NCBI GenBank assembly: GCA_963729605.1
Contig: CAVSNY010000002.1
Coordinates: forward strand, 1 to 64,000
Direction: 5' to 3'
From: an uncultured Gammaproteobacteria bacterium
GTDB lineage: Bacteria; Pseudomonadota; Gammaproteobacteria; DRLM01
DNA: 64,000 nucleotides
The translations under genes and the position numbers were made by a program. Under the pieces are notes generated by a model. That model was given only the letters and a program-made list of their open reading frames with translations. It was not told where the DNA came from and did not search any database. Each line of letters opens with the position of its first letter. The first letter of the stretch is position 1. Of the stretch, positions 21,219 through 31,632 are shown piece after piece.

Positions 21219-22437
21219 ATGGGCGCGTTCGAATACACGGCGCTCGACCCCGCCGGCAAGGAACGCAAGGGCGTACTCGAGGCCGACACCCCGCGGCAAA
21301 TCCGCCAGCAATTGCGCGAACAGGGCTGGTCGCCGCTGGCGGTGGTGGAGGTGCGGCAACGCGAGGCGCGCAATCAAGTGCGGCGCGGGATTTTTCAGCG
21401 GCGGATCAGCCCGGTCGATCTCGCCCTGATCACCCGCCAATTCGCCACCCTGGTGCGGTCCGGTCTGCCGGTGGAAGAGGCGCTGCAGGCCTTGTCGCGG
21501 CAGACCGAAAAACCGCGCTTGCGCAGCATGCTGATGGCGGTGCGGGCGCGGGTCATGGAAGGCCATTCTTTGGCGAACGGCCTTCGAGGATTTTCCCCAT
21601 GTGTTTCCCGACCTCTACCGCGCCACGGTGGCGGCGGGCGAACAGTCGGGTTATCTCGACAGCGTGCTGGAGCGTCTCGCCGACTACACCGAGACCCGCC
21701 AGACTCTCCAGCAAAAGACCACCATGGCGCTGATTTATCCGGTGCTGGTGTTGGGGGTCTCGCTGCTGGTGGTGGCTTTTTTAATGGTGTATGTCGTACC
21801 CCAGATCGTGCAGGTGTTCGAAGGCATCGGCCAGCAGTTGCCGTTGCTGACCCGTACCCTGATCGCGGTGAGCGACTTCACCCGCGCCTATGGATTGTGG
21901 GTGCTGATCGCCTTAATCATCGCGCTGACCCTGATCCGCATGTTGTTGCGGCGCGGCGGACCCAAGCGTCGCTACCATCAATTTTTGCTGCGCCTGCCGA
22001 TGATTTCGCGCCTGGTGCGCGGGCTGAACACCGCGCGCTTCGCCCGCACCCTCAGCATCCTCACCGGCAGCGGCGTGCCGGTGCTGGAGGCTTTGCGCAT
22101 TTCGGCCAGCGTGGTGAGCAATATTCCGATGCGCGCGGCGGTGGACGAGGCGGCGCGGCGGGTGCGGGAGGGCGCGGCCTTGCATACCGCCCTGGAACGC
22201 AGCGGTTATTTCCCGCCGATGACCATCCACCTCATCGCCAGCGGCGAAGCCAGCGGCAAGCTGGAGGAGATGCTGGAACGGGCCTCGGACGCGCAGGAGC
22301 GGGAGATGGAGGTGCTGATCACCACCATCACCGAATTGTTCGGACCGCTGCTGATTTTAGTCATGGGCGGTATCGTGCTGGTGATCGTGCTGGCGATCTT
22401 GCTGCCGATCTTCGATCTCAATCAATTGGTGAAATAG
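21219..22437 (+). CDS. gspF: Type II secretion inner-membrane protein F, split by a +1 frameshift near 21583
   Basis: N-half (MGAFEYTALD...EGHSLANGL) and C-half (FPHVFPDLY...GEQSG...ILLPIFDLNQLVK) join if one T is removed from CCTTCGAG. Confidence 0.88.
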
Positions 22438-22522
22438 CGCGGCGGCGGCTTAACACAGGCGTCATTGCCGCCGTGATATGCTGAACGGCGCTCGATAAAG
22501 GCGGAGAGGCAGGTGTGACATC

Positions 22523-22972
22523 ATGAACGAACATACGATCGGCGATAAACATTTTCCCGCGGCGCAGCGCGGCTTCACCTTGATCGAGGTGATGGTGGTG
22601 GTGGTGATCCTCAGCATCCTCGCCGCCATCGTGGTGCCGCGCATCATGGACCGCCCCGACACCGCGCGCATCACCAAGGCCCAGGCCGATATCCGCGCCC
22701 TGGAGAGCGCGCTCAATCTCTACAAGCTGGATAACCACAACTATCCCACCACCGACGCCGGCCTCGAGGCGCTGATACAGAAACCCGCCGATGCCGCGTC
22801 CTGGAAAGAAGGCGGTTACATGGACCGTCTGCCCAAAGACCCTTGGGGCAATCCGTATCAATATCTCAGCCCCGGCGTACACGGCCCGGTCGATATTTTC
22901 AGTCTGGGACGAGATGCCCAGACCGGCGGCGAAGGCATGGATGCCGACATCGGCAACTGGAGCCTGGAATAA
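22523..22972 (+). CDS. gspG: Major pseudopilin G
   Basis: GFTLIE prepilin site, YKLDNHNYPT, LPKDPWGNPYQY. Confidence 0.97.
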   Translation: MNEHTIGDKHFPAAQRGFTLIEVMVVVVILSILAAIVVPRIMDRPDTARITKAQADIRALESALNLYKLDNHNYPTTDAGLEALIQKPADAASWKEGGYMDRLPKDPWGNPYQYLSPGVHGPVDIFSLGRDAQTGGEGMDADIGNWSLE

Positions 22973-22987
22973 CGGCGTGTGTCCGTG

Positions 22988-23527
22988 ATGACCCGCCGCC
23001 TCCCGTCTTCCGCCCCGCCGCGCCGCGCGCGCGGCTTCACCTTACTGGAAGTGCTGGTGGTGATGCTCATCATCGGCGTGCTGATCAGCTTCGCGGTATT
23101 GTCGATCAGCCGCGGCGACACCTCGCTGCGGGATGAAAGCCAGCGCCTCGCCGCCTTGATCCGCCTCGCCGGACAAGAGGCGGTATCACAAGGCCAGGAA
23201 TACGCCGTGGAATTCGAGGAGGACGGTTACGCCTTCGTCACCTTCGACGGCGAGGCGTGGCAGCCGGTGGCCGACGATGAATTATTGCGGCGGCGCGAAC
23301 TGCCGCAAAATCTGGTGATCGACATCGAACTGGAAGGTGAACGCCTCGCTCTCGCCGGTCAGGCGCAGGGAGAAGAGAAAGAAACGCCGCCCCGAATTTT
23401 TCTGCTGTCCAGCGGCGAGATGTCGCCCTTCGACCTCACCCTGCGCAAGAGCGGGGCCGGCGGCGGTTATCACGTCACCGGCACGGCGCGCGGCGACGTG
23501 CGAGTGAATGCGCCCGCCGATGAATAA
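22988..23527 (+). CDS. gspH: Minor pseudopilin H
   Basis: GFTLLE, C-terminal SSGEMSPF; operon position. Confidence 0.92.
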   Translation: MTRRLPSSAPPRRARGFTLLEVLVVMLIIGVLISFAVLSISRGDTSLRDESQRLAALIRLAGQEAVSQGQEYAVEFEEDGYAFVTFDGEAWQPVADDELLRRRELPQNLVIDIELEGERLALAGQAQGEEKETPPRIFLLSSGEMSPFDLTLRKSGAGGGYHVTGTARGDVRVNAPADE

Positions 23528-23912
23528 CTCTCGCGCCGGCGGTTTCACCCTCATCGAAATCCTGGTGGCGCTCGCGGTGATCGCCACCGCGGTGGCGGCG
23601 GTGGTCGCGGCGGTGAGCGCCTTCGTCAATAACGCGGCTTATCTGCGCGACCGCACGCTCGCCCACTGGGTGGTGATGAACAAGGTCGCCGAGCTGCAAG
23701 TGAGCGGCGAATGGCCGAATCCCGGCATCCAACACGGCGAAAGCCTGCTGGCGGATCACGCCTGGTCCTGGGAAGTGAAAGTCTCCAGCACCGACGACCC
23801 GGACGTATTGCGTCTCGACGTGACCGCCTATCCGGACAAACGACGTAAAGGCGCGCTGGCCGACGCGGTGGCGTATCTCGGCAAACCCGCGCAGCCGGCG
23901 CCGCCGCCATGA
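23520..23912 (+). CDS. gspI: Minor pseudopilin I
   Basis: GFTLIE, LRDRTLAHWV; operon position. Confidence 0.92.
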   Translation: MNNSRAGGFTLIEILVALAVIATAVAAVVAAVSAFVNNAAYLRDRTLAHWVVMNKVAELQVSGEWPNPGIQHGESLLADHAWSWEVKVSSTDDPDVLRLDVTAYPDKRRKGALADAVAYLGKPAQPAPPP

Positions 23913-24514
23913 CGATCCGCCGCGCGCAGCACGGTTTCACCTTGCTCGAACTGCTGGTGGCGCTGGCCATCTTCGCCGTGCTGGCCGCCATCGCCTACAG
24001 CGCGCTCAATCAAGTCACCAGCACCCGTGCGCATATGCAGGCCAAGGCCGAGCGGCTCACCGCGTTGCAAATGGTCTTCACGGTGCTGGGACGCGACATC
24101 GAGCAGGGCATCGGCCGCCGGGTGCGCGACGAATTCGGCGACGCCGAACCGGCCATGAAGGGCGGTGTCGTCGTCGGTACCAGCCTGCTCACCTTGACCC
24201 GCGCCGGCTGGCGCAATCCGCTCGGTTTGCCGCGCAGCCATTTGCAGCGGGTGGCTTATGGTTTCGTCGATAATAAACTGCTGCGGCACAGTTGGACGGT
24301 TTTGGATCGCGGCCCCGGGGTAGTGCCCCATGAGGAAGTGTTGCTGGAAGACGTGCGGGCGGTGGAGCTGCGTTTTCTCGATCAGGCCCGCCAGTGGCAG
24401 GGTTTCTGGCCGCCGCCGGGCCAAGATACGGCCATGCCGCGCGCGGTGGAGATCACCATCGACCTCGCCGACTGGGGGCGGGTGACCCGTTTGTTCCGGG
24501 TGCCGGCGCCATGA
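23909..24514 (+). CDS. gspJ: Minor pseudopilin J
   Basis: GFTLLE, TRAGWRNP..PRSHLQRVAY, MPRAVEI. Confidence 0.93.
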   Translation: MTIRRAQHGFTLLELLVALAIFAVLAAIAYSALNQVTSTRAHMQAKAERLTALQMVFTVLGRDIEQGIGRRVRDEFGDAEPAMKGGVVVGTSLLTLTRAGWRNPLGLPRSHLQRVAYGFVDNKLLRHSWTVLDRGPGVVPHEEVLLEDVRAVELRFLDQARQWQGFWPPPGQDTAMPRAVEITIDLADWGRVTRLFRVPAP

Positions 24515-25470
24515 CGGCGCGGCGAAAAATTGTGCGATACTCCGCCGCGATGCCCGCCGCGCAAGGCGGCGTCGCGTTGATCACGGCGGTGCTGATCGCC
24601 GCGGTGATCGCGGTGATCGCGGTGTCGATGGCGGCGCAGCAAAAGCTCGACGTGCGGCGCACCGCCAATGTCATCGAAGGCGAGCGCGCCTACGTGTTCG
24701 CCCTGGGCGTGGAGAGTTGGGTGCAGCAGGTGCTGGCGAAAGACAAACGCGACAACCAGGTCGATCACCTCGGCGAGCCGTGGGCCTTGCGCCTGCCGCC
24801 GATCACCGTGGAAGGCGCGGTGATCGGCGGGCGCATCGAAGACCTGCAAGGCCGTTTCAATCTCAACAATCTGGTGAAGGACGGCAAGGTCAGCCCGCTC
24901 GACATGCAGCGCTTTCAAAATCTGCTCACGGTGCTGAGCGTCGATCCCGGCCTCGCCAACGCGGTGGTGGATTGGATCGATCCGGATGCCGACGTCACCT
25001 TTCCCGGCGGCGCCGAGGACGGCGAATATCTGCGCGCCGCCGTGCCGTACCGCGCCGCCAACGGACCGATGGCCAGCCCCAGCGAATTGCTGTTGGTGCA
25101 AGGCGTCACGGCCGATATCTATCAGAAGCTGGCGCCGCTGGTCAGTGCCTTGCCGGCCCGCACCGACCTCAACGTCAATACCGCGCCGAAGGAAGTGCTG
25201 ATGGCCTTGGCGGCGGAGATCAGCGGCGCGGACGCGGATGCCTTGATCGAGGCCCGCGAGAAGGAAGGCTTCGGCGCGATGCCGGACTTTCTGCAGCAGC
25301 CCGCCTTGGCGGGGCGCGGCGTCGATCCGGCCGGGTTGACCTTGGCCAGCGATTATTTTTTATTGGACGGCGCCACGCAATTCGGCCGGGTTAAGATACG
25401 GCTGTATAGCGTATTGCAGCGCGGCGGCGGCGCCGTGCAGGCGCTGGTGCGAGGACAGGGGACATATTAG
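24511..25470 (+). CDS. gspK: Minor pseudopilin K
   Basis: GVALITAVL, DHLGEPWA, DLQGRFNLNNL, VVDWIDPD, LNVNTA. Confidence 0.93.
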   Translation: MTARRKIVRYSAAMPAAQGGVALITAVLIAAVIAVIAVSMAAQQKLDVRRTANVIEGERAYVFALGVESWVQQVLAKDKRDNQVDHLGEPWALRLPPITVEGAVIGGRIEDLQGRFNLNNLVKDGKVSPLDMQRFQNLLTVLSVDPGLANAVVDWIDPDADVTFPGGAEDGEYLRAAVPYRAANGPMASPSELLLVQGVTADIYQKLAPLVSALPARTDLNVNTAPKEVLMALAAEISGADADALIEAREKEGFGAMPDFLQQPALAGRGVDPAGLTLASDYFLLDGATQFGRVKIRLYSVLQRGGGAVQALVRGQGTY

Positions 25471-26675
25471 TGCGGGAACAGTTTTTCATACGTCTAGGTA
25501 ACGATGCTCACCGCGTCGCTTGGCTGGACGCGAATGCGCAGGTCGTCGAAGGCGCGCCGCACGAGGCGGCGGCCCAGGTCGGCGCGCGGCGGGTGGTGGT
25601 GTTCGTCCCGGCGGCGGACATCACCTTCCGGCAGGTGGCGGTCCCCACCCGCAACCGCGCCCGCTTGGCGGCGGCGGTGCCCTATCTGCTGGAGGATCTG
25701 CTGGCCGACGACGTGGAGGATCTCCACTTCGCGATCGGCGAACGCGCGGCGGACGAGCGGGTGGCGGTGGCCATCATCGCCCGCGCCCGCCTCGACGGCT
25801 GGCTGGCGGTGTTGCACGAGGCCGGCATCCAGCCCGCCGCCCTGGTGCCCGAGGTGCTGGCCCTGCCTTATCAAGCCGGCGCGTGGACCTTGTTCTGCGA
25901 ACCGGGGCAGATCCTGGCGCGCACCGGGGCGCAAAGCGGTTTCGTGCTCGACGCCGACAATCTCGCTTTTATTTTGGAACGGGCGCTCGCCGAGGCCGAG
26001 CCGCGTCCGGAGGGCGTCTGGCTGTACGGCGCCGGCGGCGCGGCCGATGCCGCCGCCGCGGTGGCGACGGATGCCGGCGTGATCGCCCAGCCGCAGGCCG
26101 AAGCCGGCCCGCCGCTCGCGCTGTTCGCCGGCCAATACCACGAGCCGACCAGTCTCAATTTATTGCAAGGCGCTTACAGCCGCCGCGAGCAACTGGGTAA
26201 GTTGTGGCGGCCGTGGCGACCGGCGCTGGCGCTGTTGGCACTGTGGGTGATCGTCCAGTTTGGCGTGAAGATTTATCAGCACGGCGTCTTCAGCGCGGAG
26301 GACGAGCGGTTGCGCGCCGAGGTGAATCAGATTTATTTGAGCAGCTTCCCCGACGCCAAGCGGGTGGTGGACGCCCGCGTGCAGATGGAACAACGGCTGG
26401 CGGCCTTGCGCGGCGGTGCGCAGTCCGGCGGCGGTTTCATGGAGTTGCTGGCGGCCTTGAGCGATCCGCAGGCGATCGCCAGCGGCGTCGAGCTGCGACG
26501 GTTGGGCTATAAGAACGGTGAGTTGAACGTGGCCTTGACCATCGGCGATCTGCAGCGCCTGGAGCAATATAAAAACCAGTTGGTGAGCGGCGGCTTCAGC
26601 GTCGAGATTCAATCCGCCACCGCGCGCAACGACCGGGTCGAGGCCCAGTTGCATATCAAGAGGTCGGCGTCGTGA
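25470..26675 (+). CDS. gspL: Type II secretion protein L
   Basis: VPYLLEDLLADDVEDLHFA, NLLQGAY before the TM helix. Confidence 0.93.
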   Translation: MREQFFIRLGNDAHRVAWLDANAQVVEGAPHEAAAQVGARRVVVFVPAADITFRQVAVPTRNRARLAAAVPYLLEDLLADDVEDLHFAIGERAADERVAVAIIARARLDGWLAVLHEAGIQPAALVPEVLALPYQAGAWTLFCEPGQILARTGAQSGFVLDADNLAFILERALAEAEPRPEGVWLYGAGGAADAAAAVATDAGVIAQPQAEAGPPLALFAGQYHEPTSLNLLQGAYSRREQLGKLWRPWRPALALLALWVIVQFGVKIYQHGVFSAEDERLRAEVNQIYLSSFPDAKRVVDARVQMEQRLAALRGGAQSGGGFMELLAALSDPQAIASGVELRRLGYKNGELNVALTIGDLQRLEQYKNQLVSGGFSVEIQSATARNDRVEAQLHIKRSAS

Positions 26676-27172
26676 AGGCCTGGTTCGCCTCCCTGGCGCC
26701 GCGCGAGCGGGTGATGGTGATCGCCGCCGCGGTGTTGTCGGTTTTGACGCTGGGTTATGTGCTGGCGTGGGAACCCTTGACGCGGGACGTGGCCCGCCTC
26801 GAACAATCGGTGCAGGAACAGCGCGCGCTCAAACAATGGATGGAGCAGGCCGCCGTCGAGGCCGGGCGCTTGCGCGGTGGCCGCGCCGGCGGTAACGGCG
26901 CGGCGCCGGTGGGCGAGGACGCGCCCTCCTTATTGTCGCTGACCGACGAGACGGTGCGCGCCGCCCAGTTGGGGGCGGCGGTCCGGCGCATCGAGCCGGA
27001 GGGCGACAGCATCGTGCGGGTGGTGTTGGAGCAGGCCGCCTTCGACGACGTGATGTTGTGGCTGGGGATGTTGCAGCGCACTCATGGCATCGGCGTCGTC
27101 GATTTCGCGGTGGACCGGCAGGATGAACCCGGGCTGGTGAATGCCCGCCTGACCCTGCAACGGGGGCCGTGA
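26672..27172 (+). CDS. gspM: Type II secretion protein M
   Basis: WFASLAPRER plus TM helix and ferredoxin-like C-terminus. Confidence 0.92.
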   Translation: MKAWFASLAPRERVMVIAAAVLSVLTLGYVLAWEPLTRDVARLEQSVQEQRALKQWMEQAAVEAGRLRGGRAGGNGAAPVGEDAPSLLSLTDETVRAAQLGAAVRRIEPEGDSIVRVVLEQAAFDDVMLWLGMLQRTHGIGVVDFAVDRQDEPGLVNARLTLQRGP

Positions 27173-27945
27173 TGAAGCGCGGTCTGGCTTATTTCGGTCT
27201 CGGGCTGGTGATGTACGCGGTGTTTTTAGTGGCGACTTTGCCCGCGCCCTGGGCCTATCAGTGGACGCAGTCCCGCTTGAGCGGCGTGTCCTTGTCCGGT
27301 TTGACCGGCACGCTGTGGAACGGCCGCGCCTTGACCGCGCAGATGGGCCAGAACCGCGTGGAAAAATTGCATTGGAGCCTGAATCCCTGGGCGTTGTTGC
27401 GCGGCAGGCTCGGCGCCGATCTGGAATTCGATTATCGCGGCGAACCCGCCGCGTTGTCGGTCAGTCGCGGTTTCGGCGAGCGCTGGCATTTCAGCGACGT
27501 GGCGCTGCGCTTGCCCGCGCGTATGCTGGAGTCGTGGCTGCGCCTGCCCTCCGCCGAATTGGGCGGGGTGCTCGACTTGCGTTTGGACAAGCTGGTGCTC
27601 GATCAAGGCCGCATTACCGCCGCGCAAGGGGTGGTGGCGTGGGACCAGGCGGCGGTGGTGCGACCGGTGGCGGCGGACTTGGGCGGTTTCACCGTCACGC
27701 TCGACAACGCGGAAGAGGGCGTCAAAGGCGTGCTCAAGGACCAAGGCGGCGCGGTGCAGGCCGACGGTGTGTTGAGTCTCAAACCGGACGGCAATTACGA
27801 TTTTACCGGCAGCGTGGTCTCCGGCGATCCGCGTCAACCGGCCATCGCCCAGGGCTTGCAGTTGTTCGGTCAGCCGGGCGCCGACGGCCGGGTGAAGCTG
27901 GGCATTCAAGGCACCCTGCCATTGCTGCTGCCCGGCGCGGGTTAA
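27172..27945 (+). CDS. gspN: Type II secretion protein N
   Basis: N-terminal TM, LPA motif, GTLWNG; last gene of the operon. Confidence 0.88.
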   Translation: MKRGLAYFGLGLVMYAVFLVATLPAPWAYQWTQSRLSGVSLSGLTGTLWNGRALTAQMGQNRVEKLHWSLNPWALLRGRLGADLEFDYRGEPAALSVSRGFGERWHFSDVALRLPARMLESWLRLPSAELGGVLDLRLDKLVLDQGRITAAQGVVAWDQAAVVRPVAADLGGFTVTLDNAEEGVKGVLKDQGGAVQADGVLSLKPDGNYDFTGSVVSGDPRQPAIAQGLQLFGQPGADGRVKLGIQGTLPLLLPGAG

Positions 27946-28059
27946 ACCGTGCGATGGCGCGGCGGCGTCCGGCGTATTGTCGACTGAGTCGCCGCTAGTG
28001 TAGTGCTTCGTAATGGATGGATACTCTGGCCGTGCGATGAAAGACCAACCGTTCCATCG

Positions 28060-28203
28060 CACCCCTCCTCAAACGAGGAGGGGTGGCGCGCAAGCGCCGG
28101 GGTGGTTGGATTCAAAGACACGGTATACATACTGCTCAGGCGCACACCATATCAACCACTCCGCCCCTGCGGGACACCCTCTCCTTGATACAAGAAGGGG
28201 GGA
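28060..28203. repeat. Inverted pair of GC-rich REP-like palindromes
   Basis: CACCCCTCCTC-AAAC-GAGGAGGGGTG..GGGGTGGTTG, then inverted CAACCACTCC..CCCTCTCCTTG..CAAGAAGGGGG, between convergent genes. Confidence 0.6.
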
Positions 28204-28381
28204 TTTCCATTTCCCGAATTGATGACGCGCTGCACTGGAATCGGCATTTCTCGCGGCGGGGCTGGACGCGGCGGCGCTGCCGTAGGGGGTTACATCGCCC
28301 GGCCGTGCACAGCGTGCGCGGGGTATTCTTTAATTTTCATTTGAGAGATTTTTCGCGCGGGTATTCGGCGGTTAGCGGGCC

Positions 28382-28963
28382 TCAGTAGATCACCACCTTG
28401 GTGCCGAGGCTGACCCACCGGGCCAGCTGATCCACTTGTTCGTTGGTGAGGGCGATGCAGCCTTCGGTCCAGTTGGCCTGTTCGTGCACGCGGCGATCGC
28501 CGTTGCCGATGCCGTGGATGCCGATGTTGCCGCCCAGCGCGGTGTTTTGCGGGGGTACGTCGCCGCGGTATAAGGCGCGGCGTATCGAGTAATAGGTGTC
28601 GAAGTCGATGAGTTTTTGCCGAAAGGCCTGTTCGGCGTGCTGGTGGTTGGGATAGTCCAAGCCGAAAAACAAATGAAAGCGGCTGTTGGGATTGATCCAC
28701 GCCACGCGGAACACGCCGAGCGGGGTCCGGCCGTCGCCGGCGGTGCGCTGCAAATCGTAGCCGTTACGGCCGTGCGAGATGTTCTGGAATATCTGTTTGA
28801 CTTGGCCGTCCTCCATGACGGTGAGGGTTTGCTGGCCGGTGTCCACCATCAGCCAGGGGCCGTTGTCGGACTGGGCGAAGGCGTGGCCGCCGACGCCGAT
28901 CAGCAGCGCGGCGAGATAGGCGCGGATCCGTTGTAGGCCGAGGATATTGTTAATCAAGCGCAT
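28382..28963 (-). CDS. L,D-transpeptidase (YkuD) family protein
   Basis: GDGRTPLG, LDYPN, IGIHG...NWTEGCIAL catalytic His/Cys; signal peptide. Confidence 0.9.
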   Translation of the reverse strand: MRLINNILGLQRIRAYLAALLIGVGGHAFAQSDNGPWLMVDTGQQTLTVMEDGQVKQIFQNISHGRNGYDLQRTAGDGRTPLGVFRVAWINPNSRFHLFFGLDYPNHQHAEQAFRQKLIDFDTYYSIRRALYRGDVPPQNTALGGNIGIHGIGNGDRRVHEQANWTEGCIALTNEQVDQLARWVSLGTKVVIY

Positions 28964-29215
28964 CGCACTCCAAGACTGTTCTGGCGCCAGTGTCGCCGCG
29001 GGGCGGGGGTGGAATGGCGCACAGCTTACCCATTACTATAAAGGCCTCTCAAGCCTCGCGTCCCGGCCGGAACGTAATTTTTAGCGGCGACGGGCCATAA
29101 TACTTGATACATTAGCGGTCTGGCCGGGTCAGACCCGTCGCGACTTTGAGATGAACTTCACATTGGCGGTATTCGCGGGACTCTGTATTTTCACCACCCT
29201 AAGATTCAAGATTAA

Positions 29216-30472
29216 ATGATGACAATGCGTTTTAGCCAAGCCCCCCTTTTTCCGCGGTACCTCGCCGCGCTTCTGCTATGGACCGGTTTGGCCGGCGGTG
29301 TTCAGGCGGCGGTGTATCCTTTGCCGCCGGAGGGCGAATCCCTGATCGGCAAGATACAAGAAACTCGGGTACAGGCGGGGGAGACTTTATTGGATATCGG
29401 CCGGCGCTACAGCGTCGGCATCAATGAAATGACCAATGCCAATCCCGGCATCGATCCGTGGCTGCCGCCGGTCGGCCATAGCGTGGTGGTGCCCACCCTG
29501 TATGTGCTGCCCAATGCGCCCCGCGAAGGCATCGTGGTGAATCTGCCGGAGCTGCGTCTTTATTATTATCCGCCGGCCAAGGCCGGTGAACGGCGGGTGG
29601 TGATGACCTATCCCCTGGGCATCGGTTCGGAGGGGCGCGCCATTCCTTACGGCAGCACCACGATCATCGAAAAGAGAGTGGACCCGGTGTGGACGGTGCC
29701 GGAGTCGATTCGGGCGGAGCACGCCGCGGAGGGTGAATTTTTACCCAAGTTCGTGCCGCCGGGGCCGGACAATCCCCTGGGTAAATACGCACTGCGTTTG
29801 GGATTCAGCAGCTTTTTGATTCACGGCACCAACCGGCCGTTCAGCGTGGGCATGCGGGTCAGTCACGGCTGCCTGCGCATGTTTCCCGAGAATATCGCCG
29901 AATTTTATCCCCAGGTGACCCTCGGCACGCCGGTGCGGATACTGGATCAGCCTTACAAGGTCGGCTGGTATCAAGGCGCCTTGTATTTCGAGGCCCATCC
30001 GCCCATGGCCGAGGCGGGCCACAGCCCCGAGACCAATCTGACGCCCATGGTGGCCGCGATCACCAGCTCGGTGGAGGCGAGACTGGATGATCGCGCCTGG
30101 CAGTTGGCCACCCAGTTGGCGAGCCAGCGCGCGGGTATTCCCGCCAAGATATTTGTCCCGCCGCCGCAAGCGGTAGTATCGGCCCAGCCGGCGCCGCCGA
30201 AACCGCAAGATCCGTCTTGGATGGTGCAGGTGGGTGTGTTTCGCGATATCGGCAAGGTCAAGCAGGTCACGCAGATGATGCAGCGTATGGAATTGCCGGT
30301 GCTGGCGAACAACCGCGATGAATCCGGTTCGTGCCGGGTATTGGTGGGGCCTTTTCCGTCGCGGGAGGCGGCGGCGATAACCGGCGAGCACATCTACAAG
30401 AATGCCGGTTTGGAAAACCTGTTGGTGCCGGCCGCGCGTTTCGACGCGGACACGGCCTGCGTGCTTAATTAA
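29216..30472 (+). CDS. LysM-YkuD L,D-transpeptidase (ErfK/YbiS/YcfS-like) with a C-terminal SPOR domain
   Basis: ANPGIDPWLP, NLPELRLYYY, PPGPDNPLG, IHGTN..GMRVSHGCLRM; tail WMVQVGVF..RVLVGPFPSREAA. Confidence 0.9.
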   Translation: MMTMRFSQAPLFPRYLAALLLWTGLAGGVQAAVYPLPPEGESLIGKIQETRVQAGETLLDIGRRYSVGINEMTNANPGIDPWLPPVGHSVVVPTLYVLPNAPREGIVVNLPELRLYYYPPAKAGERRVVMTYPLGIGSEGRAIPYGSTTIIEKRVDPVWTVPESIRAEHAAEGEFLPKFVPPGPDNPLGKYALRLGFSSFLIHGTNRPFSVGMRVSHGCLRMFPENIAEFYPQVTLGTPVRILDQPYKVGWYQGALYFEAHPPMAEAGHSPETNLTPMVAAITSSVEARLDDRAWQLATQLASQRAGIPAKIFVPPPQAVVSAQPAPPKPQDPSWMVQVGVFRDIGKVKQVTQMMQRMELPVLANNRDESGSCRVLVGPFPSREAAAITGEHIYKNAGLENLLVPAARFDADTACVLN

Positions 30473-30621
30473 AACGGGCCTGCCCCGCGACCCCGTGTTT
30501 ATTTCCTCTTGCGTGCAAGAGCCGGAGAGTCTTCTCCAGTCTACAGACCTGCCCGCCCGCGGCTAAAACGCCGCGGTGAGGGAGGTCGGGCTTCACACAA
30601 TCCAATCGGCGTAGAGCGGAA

Positions 30622-30954
30622 TTACTTGCTCATGGCCTTCTTGAACATGCGGTCGGCCTTTTCATTGGCGGCATCAGCGGCGGACTTGGCGGCCGCCGCG
30701 TCCTGCTGAGCTTGGCCTGCCATACGTTTGGCTTCGTCGGCGTCGGCTTGCGCCTTGGCGGCGGCGTCATTGGCGCGATCGGCCGAGCCCTTGGCGTCTT
30801 GGGCGATGCGCTTGGCTTCGTCGGCGCTCTTCTGCGCGTCGGTCGCGGTCTTTTGCGCCAGGTCCACTTGTCCCTTAAGCTGGGCGTTGCTTGCGCAGCC
30901 ACCGATCAACAACGCGATTGCTGGCAATGCCACTAAGGCAGTCCGTTTCAACAT
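30622..30954 (-). CDS. Lpp/OprI-family alanine-zipper lipoprotein
   Basis: Lipobox LIGGC, Ala-rich heptads, terminal ANEKADRMFKKAMSK; adjacent to an L,D-transpeptidase. Confidence 0.88.
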   Translation of the reverse strand: MLKRTALVALPAIALLIGGCASNAQLKGQVDLAQKTATDAQKSADEAKRIAQDAKGSADRANDAAAKAQADADEAKRMAGQAQQDAAAAKSAADAANEKADRMFKKAMSK

Positions 30955-31330
30955 GACAGTATTCCCCTTCGGATTGTTTGTTGGTAAGAGTCGAAAATAA
31001 AGGATTAACTTCGCCGGGCACCACGCTTGGTTCCCCCGGTTCCGGATTCCAGATAGTGCGAAAGTGAGTCGTGCGGAGCGTAGTTCCAAGACTCGGCTTA
31101 CGCAGGGCAAATTCTAAGGATTCCCGGTACCGTCGGCAACAGAAGACTGGGATATTTAACAAAGGTTCCGCCGGGGCACCCGGAATCAGGATATTTTTGA
31201 CAAACGACTTGCTTTTGTCGCGCGGTGGCCTATTTTGCCCCGGCGGATCGTCCAGTGACGTTGTCACTGTGCCGACGCGTGAATTTTGGTTTCATGTTTT
31301 GTGTGGATTTAAGTGAAAAGGAGATATGTC

Positions 31331-31462
31331 ATGGACGCCACCTGGTATGAAGTCCTCATTTGGACGTTGGTGCCGACCTTTATCGCGCTGCTGGCCTCGC
31401 AAGTCGATGTGCTCGGCACGATCAAAGATCATTTCCACATCGAGCCGAAGGCCAAAGTCTGA
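31331..31462 (+). CDS. Small (43 aa) membrane protein, absent from the ORF track
   Basis: AAGGAGA RBS; MDATWYEVLIWTLVPTFIALLASQVDVLGTIKDHFHIEPKAKV; GC3-biased codons. Confidence 0.65.
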   Translation: MDATWYEVLIWTLVPTFIALLASQVDVLGTIKDHFHIEPKAKV

Positions 31463-31521
31463 AAGGCCCCGCCGCTTTTGGTCGCGATGGATAGTGTGAT
31501 GAGAGGGAAGGGGGTGAGTTT

Positions 31522-31632
31522 ATGGACAAGGAACGCTTGATATCAAGCAGCGATGCGCCCCTCGTGGTCGGTCTCGCGGTCATCACCATTTTATTGTTTA
31601 TCCTGGGTTCATGGTTGGCGATGACGGCGTAA
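31522..31632 (+). CDS. Small (36 aa) single-TM protein, absent from the ORF track
   Basis: GGGGGTGA RBS; MDKERLISSSDAPLVVGLAVITILLFILGSWLAMTA. Confidence 0.5.
   Translation: MDKERLISSSDAPLVVGLAVITILLFILGSWLAMTA

Noticed and set aside
30955-31130. Long, possibly structured leader of the lpp-like gene
   Set aside because: No recognisable RNA family and pairings are not compelling by eye
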